DNA of 64,000 nucleotides. Origin: Thermoleophilaceae bacterium (GTDB lineage Bacteria; Actinomycetota; Thermoleophilia; Solirubrobacterales; JACPNS01). Location: NCBI GenBank assembly GCA_016462645.1, contig JAEMSX010000007.1:19350-83349 (forward strand), written 5' to 3'. The notes under the pieces are model-generated. The model had not been told where the DNA came from and did no database searches. It saw nothing but the letters and a program-made list of their open reading frames with translations. This document shows, one piece after another, positions 53,360-63,317 of this stretch; positions within the stretch are counted from its first letter, which is position 1; the number at the start of each line of letters is the position of its first letter. The position numbers and the translations under genes are program-made.

Positions 53360-55054
53360 ATGCACAAACCGATCGTTGTACTCAGTTTTCTCGCGCTGAT
53401 TGCAGCGCTGGCGGTGCCGACCGCCGCGTCTGCCGCCCTTGGAGAGCTCTCACTGATCTCACGTGCTGACGGCTTCGCCGGCGCGCTTGGTGACGGCAAC
53501 TCGTACACGAATGAGCGCTCGATCTCGGCCGACGGCCGTTACATCGCGTTCCTCTCGTACGCCGACAACCTCGGCGGACCATATGCCGCTGAGCGCAACG
53601 TCTATCGCCGCGACACCCTGCTCGGGCGCACCGAGCTGGTCTCGCGCGCGAACGGACTCAACGGCGCGGTGGGGGATGACAATTCATTCAGCGCTGAGAT
53701 CTCGGCAGACGGCAATCGCATCGCCTTCGTCAGCGCGGCGGACAACCTCTCGGGCGCGGACGACAACACCTACACGAACATCTTTGTGCGCGACATGACG
53801 GCGGGCGTCACCACGCTGGCCTCACGGGCGAGTGGCGTGGCCGGCGACCCGGCCAACCAGAGCTCGCTGATCCCGAAGATCTCGGGGGACGGCAACGTCG
53901 TCGGATTCCAGAGCCTCGCCAGCAACATCGATCCGACCGTGACCGACAACAACGCGGCCGTCGACACCTACGTGCGTGACCTGACCAACTCCACCACCCG
54001 ATTGGTCTCGAAGTCAACGGCCGGCGTCATCGGCAATGACCTGACAACTGTGGGCGACATCTCGTTCGACGGCAACCTCGTGACGATGGACAGTCAGGCC
54101 ACCACGCTCGGCGGCAACGTCACCGGCGCCAGCAGCAACGTCTACGTGCGCAACCGCAGCGCAGCCACCACGACCCTGGTGTCGCAGCCGACCGGCAATT
54201 CGAACGTGAGCGGCGCCAACGAGGCCGGCGCATCGACGATCACGGATGCCGGTGATCGCATCGCTTTCGTCTCACGCTCTGGGCCGCTCGTGCCGGACGC
54301 GCCGCTGACGAAGTATGCGACCTACGTGCGCGACCTCACCAACAACACCACAACGCTCGTCTCGCGTGCCGCTTCGGGCGCACTGGCGGACACCGACGTG
54401 TTCAGCCCGGTGATCTCGAGCGATGGCTCGATCCTCACGTTCCTCAGCGCCGCCACGAACCTCGACGGCGCGACCGGCGGCGTGAAGCAGGCGTTCGTGC
54501 GCGATCTCGCGACGGGCCAGACTCAGTTGATCTCGCGCGCCGGCCGTGTCGGTGCGCCGGCAAACGCGTTGATCTCCAGCACGACTCCGGGACGCAGTTC
54601 GCGGCTGGTCCTGTTTGAGGCAAACGCGACCAACCTCGCGCCTGAGGCCAACGGCCCGGTCTACCAGCTGTTCATGCGCGACGTGAAGGTGATCGACCCG
54701 ATCCCGCCGGTCACGATCAGCGGCAAGAGCTTCAAGACGAAGCTGAGCAAGAAGTCATTCACGGTCAAGGCCACAACTGGCGGCGGCGCCACCCGCATCT
54801 CCGGCAAGGCGACGCTGAGGGTCTCGAAGAAGATCGTGAAGAGCGGCAGGATCGTTGTCAAGCTCAAGCCCCGCACGGTCGCGTCCACGCTCACCAGCCA
54901 CAAGCTCAGATTCACGCTCTCGAAGAAGCAGAACCGATTCGTGCTGAAGGCGCTGAAGACGAAGAAGTCGCGCGTGAAACTCTCCGTCGAGCTGAGTGCA
55001 ACCGGTGCGGGTACTCCCGGCGCGGCGAGGTTCAGCGGCAAGCTGCGCCGCTAG
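53360..55054 (+). CDS. Secreted beta-propeller (TolB/WD40-like repeat) protein with basic C-terminal domain
   Basis: Signal peptide, about 7 repeats of IS.DG..IAF.S.A.NL...VRD....T.LVSR, Lys-rich tail. Confidence 0.8.
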   Translation: MHKPIVVLSFLALIAALAVPTAASAALGELSLISRADGFAGALGDGNSYTNERSISADGRYIAFLSYADNLGGPYAAERNVYRRDTLLGRTELVSRANGLNGAVGDDNSFSAEISADGNRIAFVSAADNLSGADDNTYTNIFVRDMTAGVTTLASRASGVAGDPANQSSLIPKISGDGNVVGFQSLASNIDPTVTDNNAAVDTYVRDLTNSTTRLVSKSTAGVIGNDLTTVGDISFDGNLVTMDSQATTLGGNVTGASSNVYVRNRSAATTTLVSQPTGNSNVSGANEAGASTITDAGDRIAFVSRSGPLVPDAPLTKYATYVRDLTNNTTTLVSRAASGALADTDVFSPVISSDGSILTFLSAATNLDGATGGVKQAFVRDLATGQTQLISRAGRVGAPANALISSTTPGRSSRLVLFEANATNLAPEANGPVYQLFMRDVKVIDPIPPVTISGKSFKTKLSKKSFTVKATTGGGATRISGKATLRVSKKIVKSGRIVVKLKPRTVASTLTSHKLRFTLSKKQNRFVLKALKTKKSRVKLSVELSATGAGTPGAARFSGKLRR

Positions 55055-55114
55055 CCACGCACTCCCGACTGCACGCGCGGGAAATCCCCGCCAACCCCCC
55101 GTAGACTCATCTCC

Positions 55115-57028
55115 ATGCCCGGAGCCCGACTGACCCGCAGGATGCGGCGCTCAGTGATGTTGCATCGCACGCAGCAGATCCTCACTGACGCGGCGCTCGT
55201 CTCGCTTGCCTTCTTCGGCGCCTTCTGGCTCGTCTTCAACAGTTCGATTCCGGCGCGCTACGGCATCGACGGCGTGCCCCCGCGCTACGAGGATCTCTTC
55301 TGGACCGTCCTGCCGTTCGCGGTCGTCGGCAAGGTTGCGGTCTTCGCGCTGTTCGGCAGCTACTCGAAATGGTGGCGCTACACCGACTCCCACGACTTCC
55401 GGCGCCTGGTGCAGGCCGTCGTCCTCAGCAGCCTCCTGCTTGTCGGCGGTGTCTACCTGGTGCAGCCGGGCGGCATCGCGCTCCCGCGCTCGGTCGCCGC
55501 GTTCGACTTCCTGCTCACGCTCCTGCTTGTCGGCGGCTCGCGCTTTCTCGTGCGCAGCATCGTCGAGAAGCCGATGCGTGGCTACAAACTTCCCAGCGGC
55601 CGCGAGATTCTGATTGTCGGCGCCGGCGACGGCGGCCAGATGGTCGCGCGCGAGATGCTGCGCAACCCGGAGCTCGGCGAGGCCCCGATCGGATTCATCG
55701 ACGATGACCCGCGCAAGACCGGCGCGCGCATGGTTGGTCTGAAGGTTCTCGGCCGCACGAAGCAACTCCCGCAGATCCTCGAAGAGGCCGAACCCGACGA
55801 AGTGATCATCGCGATCCCCTCGGCGCCGGGCTCGCTCCGCGAGTCAGTCGTCTCGGCCTGCCGCGAGCGCAACATCCCGGTCCGCACGCTGCCGACCGTG
55901 TTCGAACTTCTGCGCGGCGACGTCAACCTCGTCAAGCAGCTGCGCGAGGTCCAGGTCGAGGACATCCTCGGACGCGACCCGATCATCATGCAGCTCGACC
56001 GCATGGGGGCCTATCTCGCCGGCGAGGTCGTGATGGTCACCGGTGCCGGAGGATCGATCGGCTCCGAACTCTGCCGCCAGATCGCCCGCGTGCGTCCGCG
56101 CAAGATCATCCTCGTCGACCACGCGGAGGACAACCTCTTCAACATCCGCCGTGAGCTCGAGGACGACCGCCACTTCGGCAACGTCGAGGCGGTGCTCGGC
56201 GACTGCAAGGACGTCCCGCGCATGCAGCAGATCTTCGAGGAGTTCAAGCCCGAGATCGTCTTTCACGCCGCCGCCTACAAGCACGTGCAGTTGATGCAGG
56301 AGAATCCCGTTGAGGCGATCCGCAACAACGCGATCGCGACGCGGTCCGTCGCGGAACTCGCCGGGCAGGCGGGCGTGCGCCGCTTCGTGCTGGTCAGCAC
56401 GGACAAGGCCGTCAAGCCCAAGACCACGATGGGCGCCTCCAAGGCGCTCGCCGAGTGGGCGATCGAATCGGCGCAGTCGCGCCACGAAGGCACCACCTAC
56501 TGCTCGGTGCGGTTCGGGAACGTGCTCGGTTCTTCCGGATCCGTTGTGCCGATCTTCCGTCGCCAGATCGCCGGCGGCGGTCCGGTCACGGTCACCCACC
56601 CGGAGATGACGCGCTACTTCATGACGATCCCGGAGGCCGTGCAGCTGATCATCCGCGCCGGCGACCTCGGGCACGGCGGCGAGGTCTTCGTGCTTGAGAT
56701 GGGCGAGCCGGTCAAGATCATTGACCTCGCGCGCAACATGATCTCGCTCGCGGGGCTCGAACCAGACGTGGACATTCCGATCGTCGTCACCGCACCATCA
56801 CCGGGCGAAAAGCTCCACGAGGACCTCTACAACCCGGACGAGACCCCGCAGCCGACCGCGGCCGAGAAGATCGTTCGCGCCGAGCGGCTGGCGATGGACC
56901 CGGCACGAGTCGAGGAGATCTTTGATGAGGTAGAACGTCTGATGGTTGTCGGTAAGCCGCAGGCGCTGGCAGATCTGGTTCAGGCCGCGGGTGGTCTGAC
57001 CTCCGAATCCGCGTTACCCGAGTCCTAG
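55115..57028 (+). CDS. Membrane-bound UDP-GlcNAc 4,6-dehydratase (CapD/PglF/WbpM family)
   Basis: Four N-terminal TMs, IVGAGDGG, TGAGGSIGSELCRQ, HAAAYKHV, STDKAV, MGASK, RFGNVLGSSGSV. Confidence 0.93.
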   Translation: MPGARLTRRMRRSVMLHRTQQILTDAALVSLAFFGAFWLVFNSSIPARYGIDGVPPRYEDLFWTVLPFAVVGKVAVFALFGSYSKWWRYTDSHDFRRLVQAVVLSSLLLVGGVYLVQPGGIALPRSVAAFDFLLTLLLVGGSRFLVRSIVEKPMRGYKLPSGREILIVGAGDGGQMVAREMLRNPELGEAPIGFIDDDPRKTGARMVGLKVLGRTKQLPQILEEAEPDEVIIAIPSAPGSLRESVVSACRERNIPVRTLPTVFELLRGDVNLVKQLREVQVEDILGRDPIIMQLDRMGAYLAGEVVMVTGAGGSIGSELCRQIARVRPRKIILVDHAEDNLFNIRRELEDDRHFGNVEAVLGDCKDVPRMQQIFEEFKPEIVFHAAAYKHVQLMQENPVEAIRNNAIATRSVAELAGQAGVRRFVLVSTDKAVKPKTTMGASKALAEWAIESAQSRHEGTTYCSVRFGNVLGSSGSVVPIFRRQIAGGGPVTVTHPEMTRYFMTIPEAVQLIIRAGDLGHGGEVFVLEMGEPVKIIDLARNMISLAGLEPDVDIPIVVTAPSPGEKLHEDLYNPDETPQPTAAEKIVRAERLAMDPARVEEIFDEVERLMVVGKPQALADLVQAAGGLTSESALPES

Positions 57029-57082
57029 ACTCCCTGCATCCCCCGTTGGATCGCGTTTCGCGCGGTCCGGCCAAACCACACT

Positions 57083-58360
57083 GTGGGCGAACTCAAAGAC
57101 ATACTTCTGAATTTCGGCGCGATCGCCGGCTTTGCCGGAATCATCGGGCTGGCCGTGCTTGCGATGCTCTACTTCTCGCAGGCGCGCGACGTGCGCAGGC
57201 TGCGCGAGTGGGCCGGCCGCGAGCCCGAGCGCGCCGGTGAGATCGAACTGCGCGCTCAGCAGATCGCCTCGCAGGCGATTGCCCAGGCCTACGAGTCGAT
57301 GGCGCTGCGTCAGTCGGAAGCGTCCGCTGCCGCGAGCCTGGCTCAGGATGCGGGGCACGAGATTTCGTCCGCTCCGCTGGTCGCCGCGGACGCCGGTCAG
57401 CCCGAAGTCGCAGAGGCCCCGCTCGTCGCGCACGATCCGCAGGAGACGCAGGCCCACGATGTCGTCGCGAATGAATTCGGCGAGGAGACCGACGTCGACG
57501 AGGCCGCCGCGGTTGTGCAGCATGAGGATGCCGAGGCCGGCGGGGAAGCTCCCGCTGAAGTGGAATCCGAAGAGCACGAGGGTGAAGAAGCCGAGCACGT
57601 TCCGTATGAAGTCGCCGCTGCGAGCGCCGGCGCGGGCGACACCGTCGTTCAGTCACCACCGCCGGAGGACAACGCCGCTGAACCCGCCGCTCCCGCCGAG
57701 TCGGAACAGAACCTGCTTCAGCCCTCAACTCCGGCGGCCGCCCGCGCAGCCGCGCCGCTCCCGCCTCTGCCGCCGCTCGACACCTCCGAATTCACGGCCG
57801 TGCGCACACCGACCACGCCGCCGATCCCGGACTACTACCTCTCGACCGGCGCCACTGGCTCCGGCCACTTCGAAGCGATCGAGCCGCCGGCCGAGCACCG
57901 CAGCCGCGTTCCGTTCGCCGTCGCAGGCGTGCTCGTCGCGGTATTCGCTGTGATTCTGATCGGCACGCAGCTGATCGGCGGGGACGACACCACGTCGGGC
58001 GACAAGAAGACCCCGACTTCCGCGCAGGAGACCCAGAACACCGCCGACCGCGACCCGCGCATCAACCGCGCCGCCGTCACCGTCGCCGTGCTCAACGGCA
58101 CCGACACGGCGGGCATCGCCGCCACCGCGGCCACCGGACTGAACAAAGCCGGCTTCACCGACACCACCACCGGCAATCTCAACGACGGCACCGTCCACCC
58201 GACGACGATCGTCTACTACGCCCCGGGCAGCAAGCAGGAGGCCCAGGAGGTCGCGACAGAGCTCGCCGTGAAGGACGTCAAGCCGGCCACCGATGAAGTA
58301 CTCGCCGCCGGCGGATCTGTGCCGGTGATCGTTGTACTTGGCGCGAACTTCGGGCAGTAA
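57083..58360 (+). CDS. Membrane protein with acidic disordered region and LytR_C domain
   Basis: N-terminal TM, E/A/P-rich linker, second TM, VAVLNGT..AGIA, TIVYY, VIVVLGANF. Confidence 0.8.
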   Translation: MGELKDILLNFGAIAGFAGIIGLAVLAMLYFSQARDVRRLREWAGREPERAGEIELRAQQIASQAIAQAYESMALRQSEASAAASLAQDAGHEISSAPLVAADAGQPEVAEAPLVAHDPQETQAHDVVANEFGEETDVDEAAAVVQHEDAEAGGEAPAEVESEEHEGEEAEHVPYEVAAASAGAGDTVVQSPPPEDNAAEPAAPAESEQNLLQPSTPAAARAAAPLPPLPPLDTSEFTAVRTPTTPPIPDYYLSTGATGSGHFEAIEPPAEHRSRVPFAVAGVLVAVFAVILIGTQLIGGDDTTSGDKKTPTSAQETQNTADRDPRINRAAVTVAVLNGTDTAGIAATAATGLNKAGFTDTTTGNLNDGTVHPTTIVYYAPGSKQEAQEVATELAVKDVKPATDEVLAAGGSVPVIVVLGANFGQ

Positions 58361-58369
58361 ACCCCCCGC

Positions 58370-60247
58370 GTGATCCGCGCAACGCAGATCTCGCGAGTTG
58401 TCTTCGGCCTGCTCGTGCTGGCGACGTTCTTCGCCTTCTTCGCGGCGCAGCGGCTCAAGCACACGGATCCGCTGGTCTACTCGGTCAGCGTCAAGCGGTA
58501 CATCTCGCCGAATGCCGATGGCCTGGACGACAAGGGCCGCGTCCGCTTCCGCACCAAGAAGGCCGATGTGGTCACCGTCGAAGTTGTGGATCGCACCGGC
58601 CGCGCAGTTCGCGCGCTCGCCGACGACGAGCGCCTCGCCGCCGGGCCGCACACCTTCTACTGGAACGGTCGCTATCGCGGCTATGTCGATTCCGACGGCA
58701 AGAAGCACCGCGGAGAGGCGGTCCCCGACGGCGCCTACCGCGTGCGGATCACGATGCGCAACAACGGCCGCACGTTCGTGCCCGATCAATTCTTTGTCGT
58801 CGACTCGGTGCCGCCCGAAATCACGGCGAACGTCCTCGGCGGCCACAGCGTCTCGATCCTGCGCGGGCGCAAGCCGATCACCGTGAAGTACTCCGGCGTC
58901 GCGCCGTCCAAGCGCGCGAAGTTCCTCGTCTACCGCGTGCGCGGTCAGCGCACCGGCCGCAAGGCCGTCGCGAGCTTCATGAGCTCTCAGGGCAAGGACA
59001 GCGGCGTCTGGGATCAGACGATCGGCGAGTTCCAGAGCTGGCGCGACGGCTGCACCGGCGTGAAGACGACCGGCCGCGCGCGGCCAGCGCCCGTGGCGGG
59101 CTACGTGATCGTCGCGCAGGCATGCGACGCGGCCAGCAACCGCGGGGACAGCAGCAGTGAGCTGCCGCCGCGCGCGGGAACGACGCGCGGACTCTCGGGC
59201 GTGACGCTCACCGGCGTGCAGATCGCTCCGCCGAGTAGGCCCGTCCTGATCAGCACGCGCGCGAGCTTTCGCGTGAACCCACCGAGCGGGGGCTACTCCT
59301 ACAAACTCACGCGCGTCGGCGGACCGACTATCGCCAACGGCCGCGCGCGTGGCCAGACGCTGCGCATCGACATCCCGAAGGTCGCGGGCGGCCTCTACAC
59401 ATTGCGCGTGGCTGCTCGCAAGCCGGTGCGTGGCGACCGCGGGATCGCCCGCACGCCCGTCGCGATCACCGCCCGCCGCAACCAGAAGCTGCTGATCGTG
59501 CAGCCGTCGATCGCCTGGCAGGCGACCAATCCGGTCGACATGACCGGCGACGGCTTCCCCGATCCGTATCCGCAGCTACCGCCGGGCAAGCAGCAGCGCG
59601 TGGCGCTCAATCGCTTCCTGGCGTTGCAGTCGGGCACGGTCGGATTTGGCGCTCAGGAGGGCGCGTTCGCGGAGTACCTCGCGCGGTCGCAGCCCGACCT
59701 CGAGGCGCAGACCGTGACCGATGCCGCGCTTGCCGCAAACCCCGAAGAATCCCTGAAGGCGCACGACGCGATCCTCTTCACCGGCGACGAGCGCTGGATC
59801 ACCGCCGAGCTCGGCGTGGCGCTGCGCGCGTTCGTCCAGCGCGGCGGCAAGGTCGCATTCTTCTCGCAGGACGCCTTCCGCCGCACCGTCTCACTGACGG
59901 CAACCGAGATGAACGGCCCGTCCGACCACCGCCAGCGCGACATCTTCGGCGAGACCGTTGAAAGCGTCAGAGAAGCCCCGGCCCCGGTCGTCCCGTTCGA
60001 AGACGAGCTCGGTTTGCTGCGCGGCCTCACTGGCCAGTTCACCGTCTTCGAGCACAGCAAGCAACAGGCCAGGGACGCGAAGATCCTCACGTCGGCCGGC
60101 CGCGAGGCCGACGCTCCGGCGCTGATCGGATACACGCTCGGAAAGGGCACGGTTATCCGCGTCGGCGCGCGCGGCTGGAACGCCGAGCTCGGCGATCCCA
60201 ACGTCGCATACGCCACCGCCGCGATCCTCGAGGTGCTGACGCGATGA
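58370..60247 (+). CDS. Membrane-anchored multidomain protein: FlgD Ig-like + C-terminal GATase-like (DUF6605-like) domain
   Basis: ISPNADG, FYWNGR, VPDGAYRV (FlgD-Ig); IAWQATN, RAFVQRGGKVAF. Confidence 0.6.
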   Translation: MIRATQISRVVFGLLVLATFFAFFAAQRLKHTDPLVYSVSVKRYISPNADGLDDKGRVRFRTKKADVVTVEVVDRTGRAVRALADDERLAAGPHTFYWNGRYRGYVDSDGKKHRGEAVPDGAYRVRITMRNNGRTFVPDQFFVVDSVPPEITANVLGGHSVSILRGRKPITVKYSGVAPSKRAKFLVYRVRGQRTGRKAVASFMSSQGKDSGVWDQTIGEFQSWRDGCTGVKTTGRARPAPVAGYVIVAQACDAASNRGDSSSELPPRAGTTRGLSGVTLTGVQIAPPSRPVLISTRASFRVNPPSGGYSYKLTRVGGPTIANGRARGQTLRIDIPKVAGGLYTLRVAARKPVRGDRGIARTPVAITARRNQKLLIVQPSIAWQATNPVDMTGDGFPDPYPQLPPGKQQRVALNRFLALQSGTVGFGAQEGAFAEYLARSQPDLEAQTVTDAALAANPEESLKAHDAILFTGDERWITAELGVALRAFVQRGGKVAFFSQDAFRRTVSLTATEMNGPSDHRQRDIFGETVESVREAPAPVVPFEDELGLLRGLTGQFTVFEHSKQQARDAKILTSAGREADAPALIGYTLGKGTVIRVGARGWNAELGDPNVAYATAAILEVLTR

Positions 60248-61788
60248 CGCTGATCGCAATCGCCCACGTGCTGGAAAGCGTCGGTCTTGTGCTGATCGCC
60301 GTCCTGATCGCCGGGTGGCTGCTCGGCTCGAGCGACCGGCTGCGCTGGATCAGCGCGGTGCTGGTGCTCGGCCTCACGCCGCTCGTGCTCGCCGGATCGG
60401 TCGTGGGGGATGAGCAGTCGAGCCTGCCGCAGCTCTCGGCGCCGTTGATCGGGGCTGGCCTGGTCGGTGGTGCGATCGCGCTGGCCGTCGCCGCTGCGTT
60501 CTTTGTCAAGTTCCCCCGCGCAGTCATGCCGGTCGCCCTGGCGACGATCGCGTTCCGCGTTCCGATCGAGATCGGCGGTGACTCGGTCAAGCTGCTGCTG
60601 CCGCTGTATCTGACGATCGGCGGCGCGGTGGTTGCGCGCGCCTGGCTCTACTGGCGCGGCCGCGCGGTTGATGCCCCGCGCGGTCCGAAGCTGCTCGATC
60701 TGACGATCGTCGCCTTCCTTGGTCTCTACGCCGTGCAGAGCCTCTACGCCGGCGACGTCTCGGTGGCGACGCAGAACTTCTGCTTCTTCTACGCGCCGTT
60801 CGTGCTGCTCTACGGCCTTGCCGCCTCGCAGAAGTGGGACGCCAAGCTTCTGCGCACGTGCGCGGCGACGCTCGTGATCGTGGCGCTCGTGCTGGTGTTC
60901 GCGGGCTTCATCGAGTCCGTGCGCCAGCGCTACCTGATCACGATCGGCGGGTCGCAGGGCTCGGACTTCGATCCGTACTTCCGCGTGCAGTCGTTCTTCT
61001 TCGATCCGAACATCTATGGGCGATTCCTCGCGATCGTGATGCTGGTGGTCACGGCGCTGATGCTCTACACCGAGAAGATGCGCCGCGTGCTCGGGGCCGC
61101 CGTGATTCTGGCGGTGCTGTGGGCCGGTCTTGTGCTCTCGCTCTCGCAATCGAGTTTTGCCGCGCTGCTCTCCGGGCTGGTCGTTCTGGCCGCGCTCAGA
61201 TGGAAGGCGAAACCGGTGCTCGTGTTCACCGGCGTGGTGCTGCTGGCCGGAGTGGTCTTCGCGGTCGCGTTCCCTTCCGTGACCGGCGTTGAGCTGACCA
61301 ACAGCAAGAGCGCCGAGAAGACGACCAGCGGGCGCTTTGACCTTGTGACCGGCGGGCTCACGCTGTGGGGTCAGAAGCCGTTCTTCGGGCACGGCTCGGG
61401 CGACTTCTCCGAGTCCTACCGCGCCAACAAGCTGGCCAAGCGCACGGTCTACGGACCGGCGAGCACGACCAAATCGCACACCGCGCCGCTCACCGTCGCG
61501 GCCGAGCAGGGGATCGTCGGTCTTGCCGCGTTCATCGCCTTCCTGGTGGCCGGCTTTGGCGCGGTCTTCCGGCGCGTGAGCAAGGAAGACGGTCCGAGAG
61601 GCCGGCCGGGACTGGTCGCGCGCGTCGCGGTCGCGGCCGCGTTCACGGCGATCTTCGTGCACTCACTTGCGTACGCGGCGCTGCTTGAGGATCCACTGAT
61701 GTGGGCGCTCCTTGGTGCGGCAGTCTCGCTCGCGGCTATCCCCCGCAATGGCGCGACTGAAGAGCCCGCGGAGACCGAGCCGTCATGA
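60244..61788 (+). CDS. O-antigen ligase / Wzy_C family glycosyltransferase
   Basis: About 12 TMs, RVQSFFFDPNIYG, SGR, PFFGHGSG, SHT...AAEQGIVG. Confidence 0.85.
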   Translation: MTLIAIAHVLESVGLVLIAVLIAGWLLGSSDRLRWISAVLVLGLTPLVLAGSVVGDEQSSLPQLSAPLIGAGLVGGAIALAVAAAFFVKFPRAVMPVALATIAFRVPIEIGGDSVKLLLPLYLTIGGAVVARAWLYWRGRAVDAPRGPKLLDLTIVAFLGLYAVQSLYAGDVSVATQNFCFFYAPFVLLYGLAASQKWDAKLLRTCAATLVIVALVLVFAGFIESVRQRYLITIGGSQGSDFDPYFRVQSFFFDPNIYGRFLAIVMLVVTALMLYTEKMRRVLGAAVILAVLWAGLVLSLSQSSFAALLSGLVVLAALRWKAKPVLVFTGVVLLAGVVFAVAFPSVTGVELTNSKSAEKTTSGRFDLVTGGLTLWGQKPFFGHGSGDFSESYRANKLAKRTVYGPASTTKSHTAPLTVAAEQGIVGLAAFIAFLVAGFGAVFRRVSKEDGPRGRPGLVARVAVAAAFTAIFVHSLAYAALLEDPLMWALLGAAVSLAAIPRNGATEEPAETEPS

Positions 61789-63317
61789 TCGGTTATCTGC
61801 GCAGGCTCGCGCGAACCGGCACGGCCTACACGGCTTCGAGCGTGCTGGCCAAGCTGATCGCGCTCTTCACGCTGCCGATCTACACGAAGTACGTCGGGCC
61901 GTCGGGCTTCGGTCAGGTGGAGATCATCGCGACGACGGTGATCGTGCTGTCGATCCTCTTCCGGCTCGGCGCGATCGAGGCGCTGCTGCGTTTCTATTTC
62001 CTCGACAAATACGACCCGCGCCAAGTTGTGCAGACCGGCTTCTGGGGTCTTGCACTTTCAACGACCGTCGGCGTGGCGATCTGCTTCGCGCTCAGCGGCC
62101 CGTTGGCCTCGCTGCTGCTCCGCGACGCGCCCGGAGCGGACACGCTGGTGCAGATCGCGATCGTGTGGTTCTGGTTTGCGACGTTCTACGAGCTCTTGAT
62201 GGCGCTCTTTCGCGTGGAGGAGAAGGCCGGCGCGTACGCGCTCTCGAGCATCATGAACGTGCTGATCACCGTTCCGCTCTCACTGTGGTTGGTGATCGGC
62301 CAGGACATGGGGGCGAAGGGCCTCGTGCTCGGAAACGCGCTCGGGACGACGATCGTCGTGACGGGGCTGCTGGTGCTGCACGTCGCCTCCAGACGCATCC
62401 CCGGCCCGGGCCTGCCGCTGGCCGACCCGATGCTGCGCTTCGGATTGCCGACAGTCCCGGGTGAGATCTCGCTCTACGCGCTCAACTGGGTCGATCGCAT
62501 CCTGCTGATCAACCTTCCTGCATCGCGCACCGCCGGTCTGGCGGCGGCCGGTCTGTACTCGATCGCCTACAAGCTCTCTCAGGGCGTGACGATTTTCGTG
62601 CGCGCATTTCAGCTGGCGTGGCCGCCGCTGGCGTACTCGATCAAGTCCGACGCCGAGGCCAAGGTCGTCTACGGCCGCGTGCTCACCTACTACCTGCTGA
62701 TCACGGGCGGCGTCGTGACGGCGCTGACGCTGCTCGCCGGTCCGCTGGTGCGACTGCTCACTTCGCAGCCGAGCTTCTATGAGGCGCATCGCGCCGTTCC
62801 CTACGTGGCGACGGGCGTCGTGTTCTACGGCGCGTATCTCGTGCTGGTCTCCGCGGTCGCGCGCATGGGCAAGACCGGCTCGCTGTTTCCGGTGGCGTTC
62901 GCGGGCCTCGTCGCCAACGTCGGCCTCGGTCTCCTGCTCATCCCCGGTCACGAAATCGTCGGCGCCGGTATCGCGCTCGTGGGCGCGTACCTCGTGTTGC
63001 TCGGACTGATGTATATCCGCGCGCGCCAGACGCTCGGCCTGGTGATCGAGTGGCGACGCGTCGCGCAGATCGTGGCCGTGGCCGCACTCGTCGCGGTGAT
63101 CGGCGACAACCTGCTCGATCCGTTCGGCACCGCCGCCGTGCTCGAGCGCATCTTCTGGTGGCTGCTCTACCCGGGCCTGCTTCTGGTCACCGGCTTCTTC
63201 AGCCGCGCAGAGCTCGCTCAGATCAGGGACGTCCGCGCGCTACTCAAGCGCGCGCGTGACTCGAAATCCCTGGGCGATCGCCCGGATCTGGTGCAAGAGG
63301 TGCACGGCCCCGAGTAG
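61785..63317 (+). CDS. Wzx-type polysaccharide flippase (MOP superfamily)
   Basis: LPIYTKY, FGLPTVP, DRILL, GLYSIAYK, AFQLAWPP, GAGIA. Confidence 0.88.
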   Translation: MIGYLRRLARTGTAYTASSVLAKLIALFTLPIYTKYVGPSGFGQVEIIATTVIVLSILFRLGAIEALLRFYFLDKYDPRQVVQTGFWGLALSTTVGVAICFALSGPLASLLLRDAPGADTLVQIAIVWFWFATFYELLMALFRVEEKAGAYALSSIMNVLITVPLSLWLVIGQDMGAKGLVLGNALGTTIVVTGLLVLHVASRRIPGPGLPLADPMLRFGLPTVPGEISLYALNWVDRILLINLPASRTAGLAAAGLYSIAYKLSQGVTIFVRAFQLAWPPLAYSIKSDAEAKVVYGRVLTYYLLITGGVVTALTLLAGPLVRLLTSQPSFYEAHRAVPYVATGVVFYGAYLVLVSAVARMGKTGSLFPVAFAGLVANVGLGLLLIPGHEIVGAGIALVGAYLVLLGLMYIRARQTLGLVIEWRRVAQIVAVAALVAVIGDNLLDPFGTAAVLERIFWWLLYPGLLLVTGFFSRAELAQIRDVRALLKRARDSKSLGDRPDLVQEVHGPE

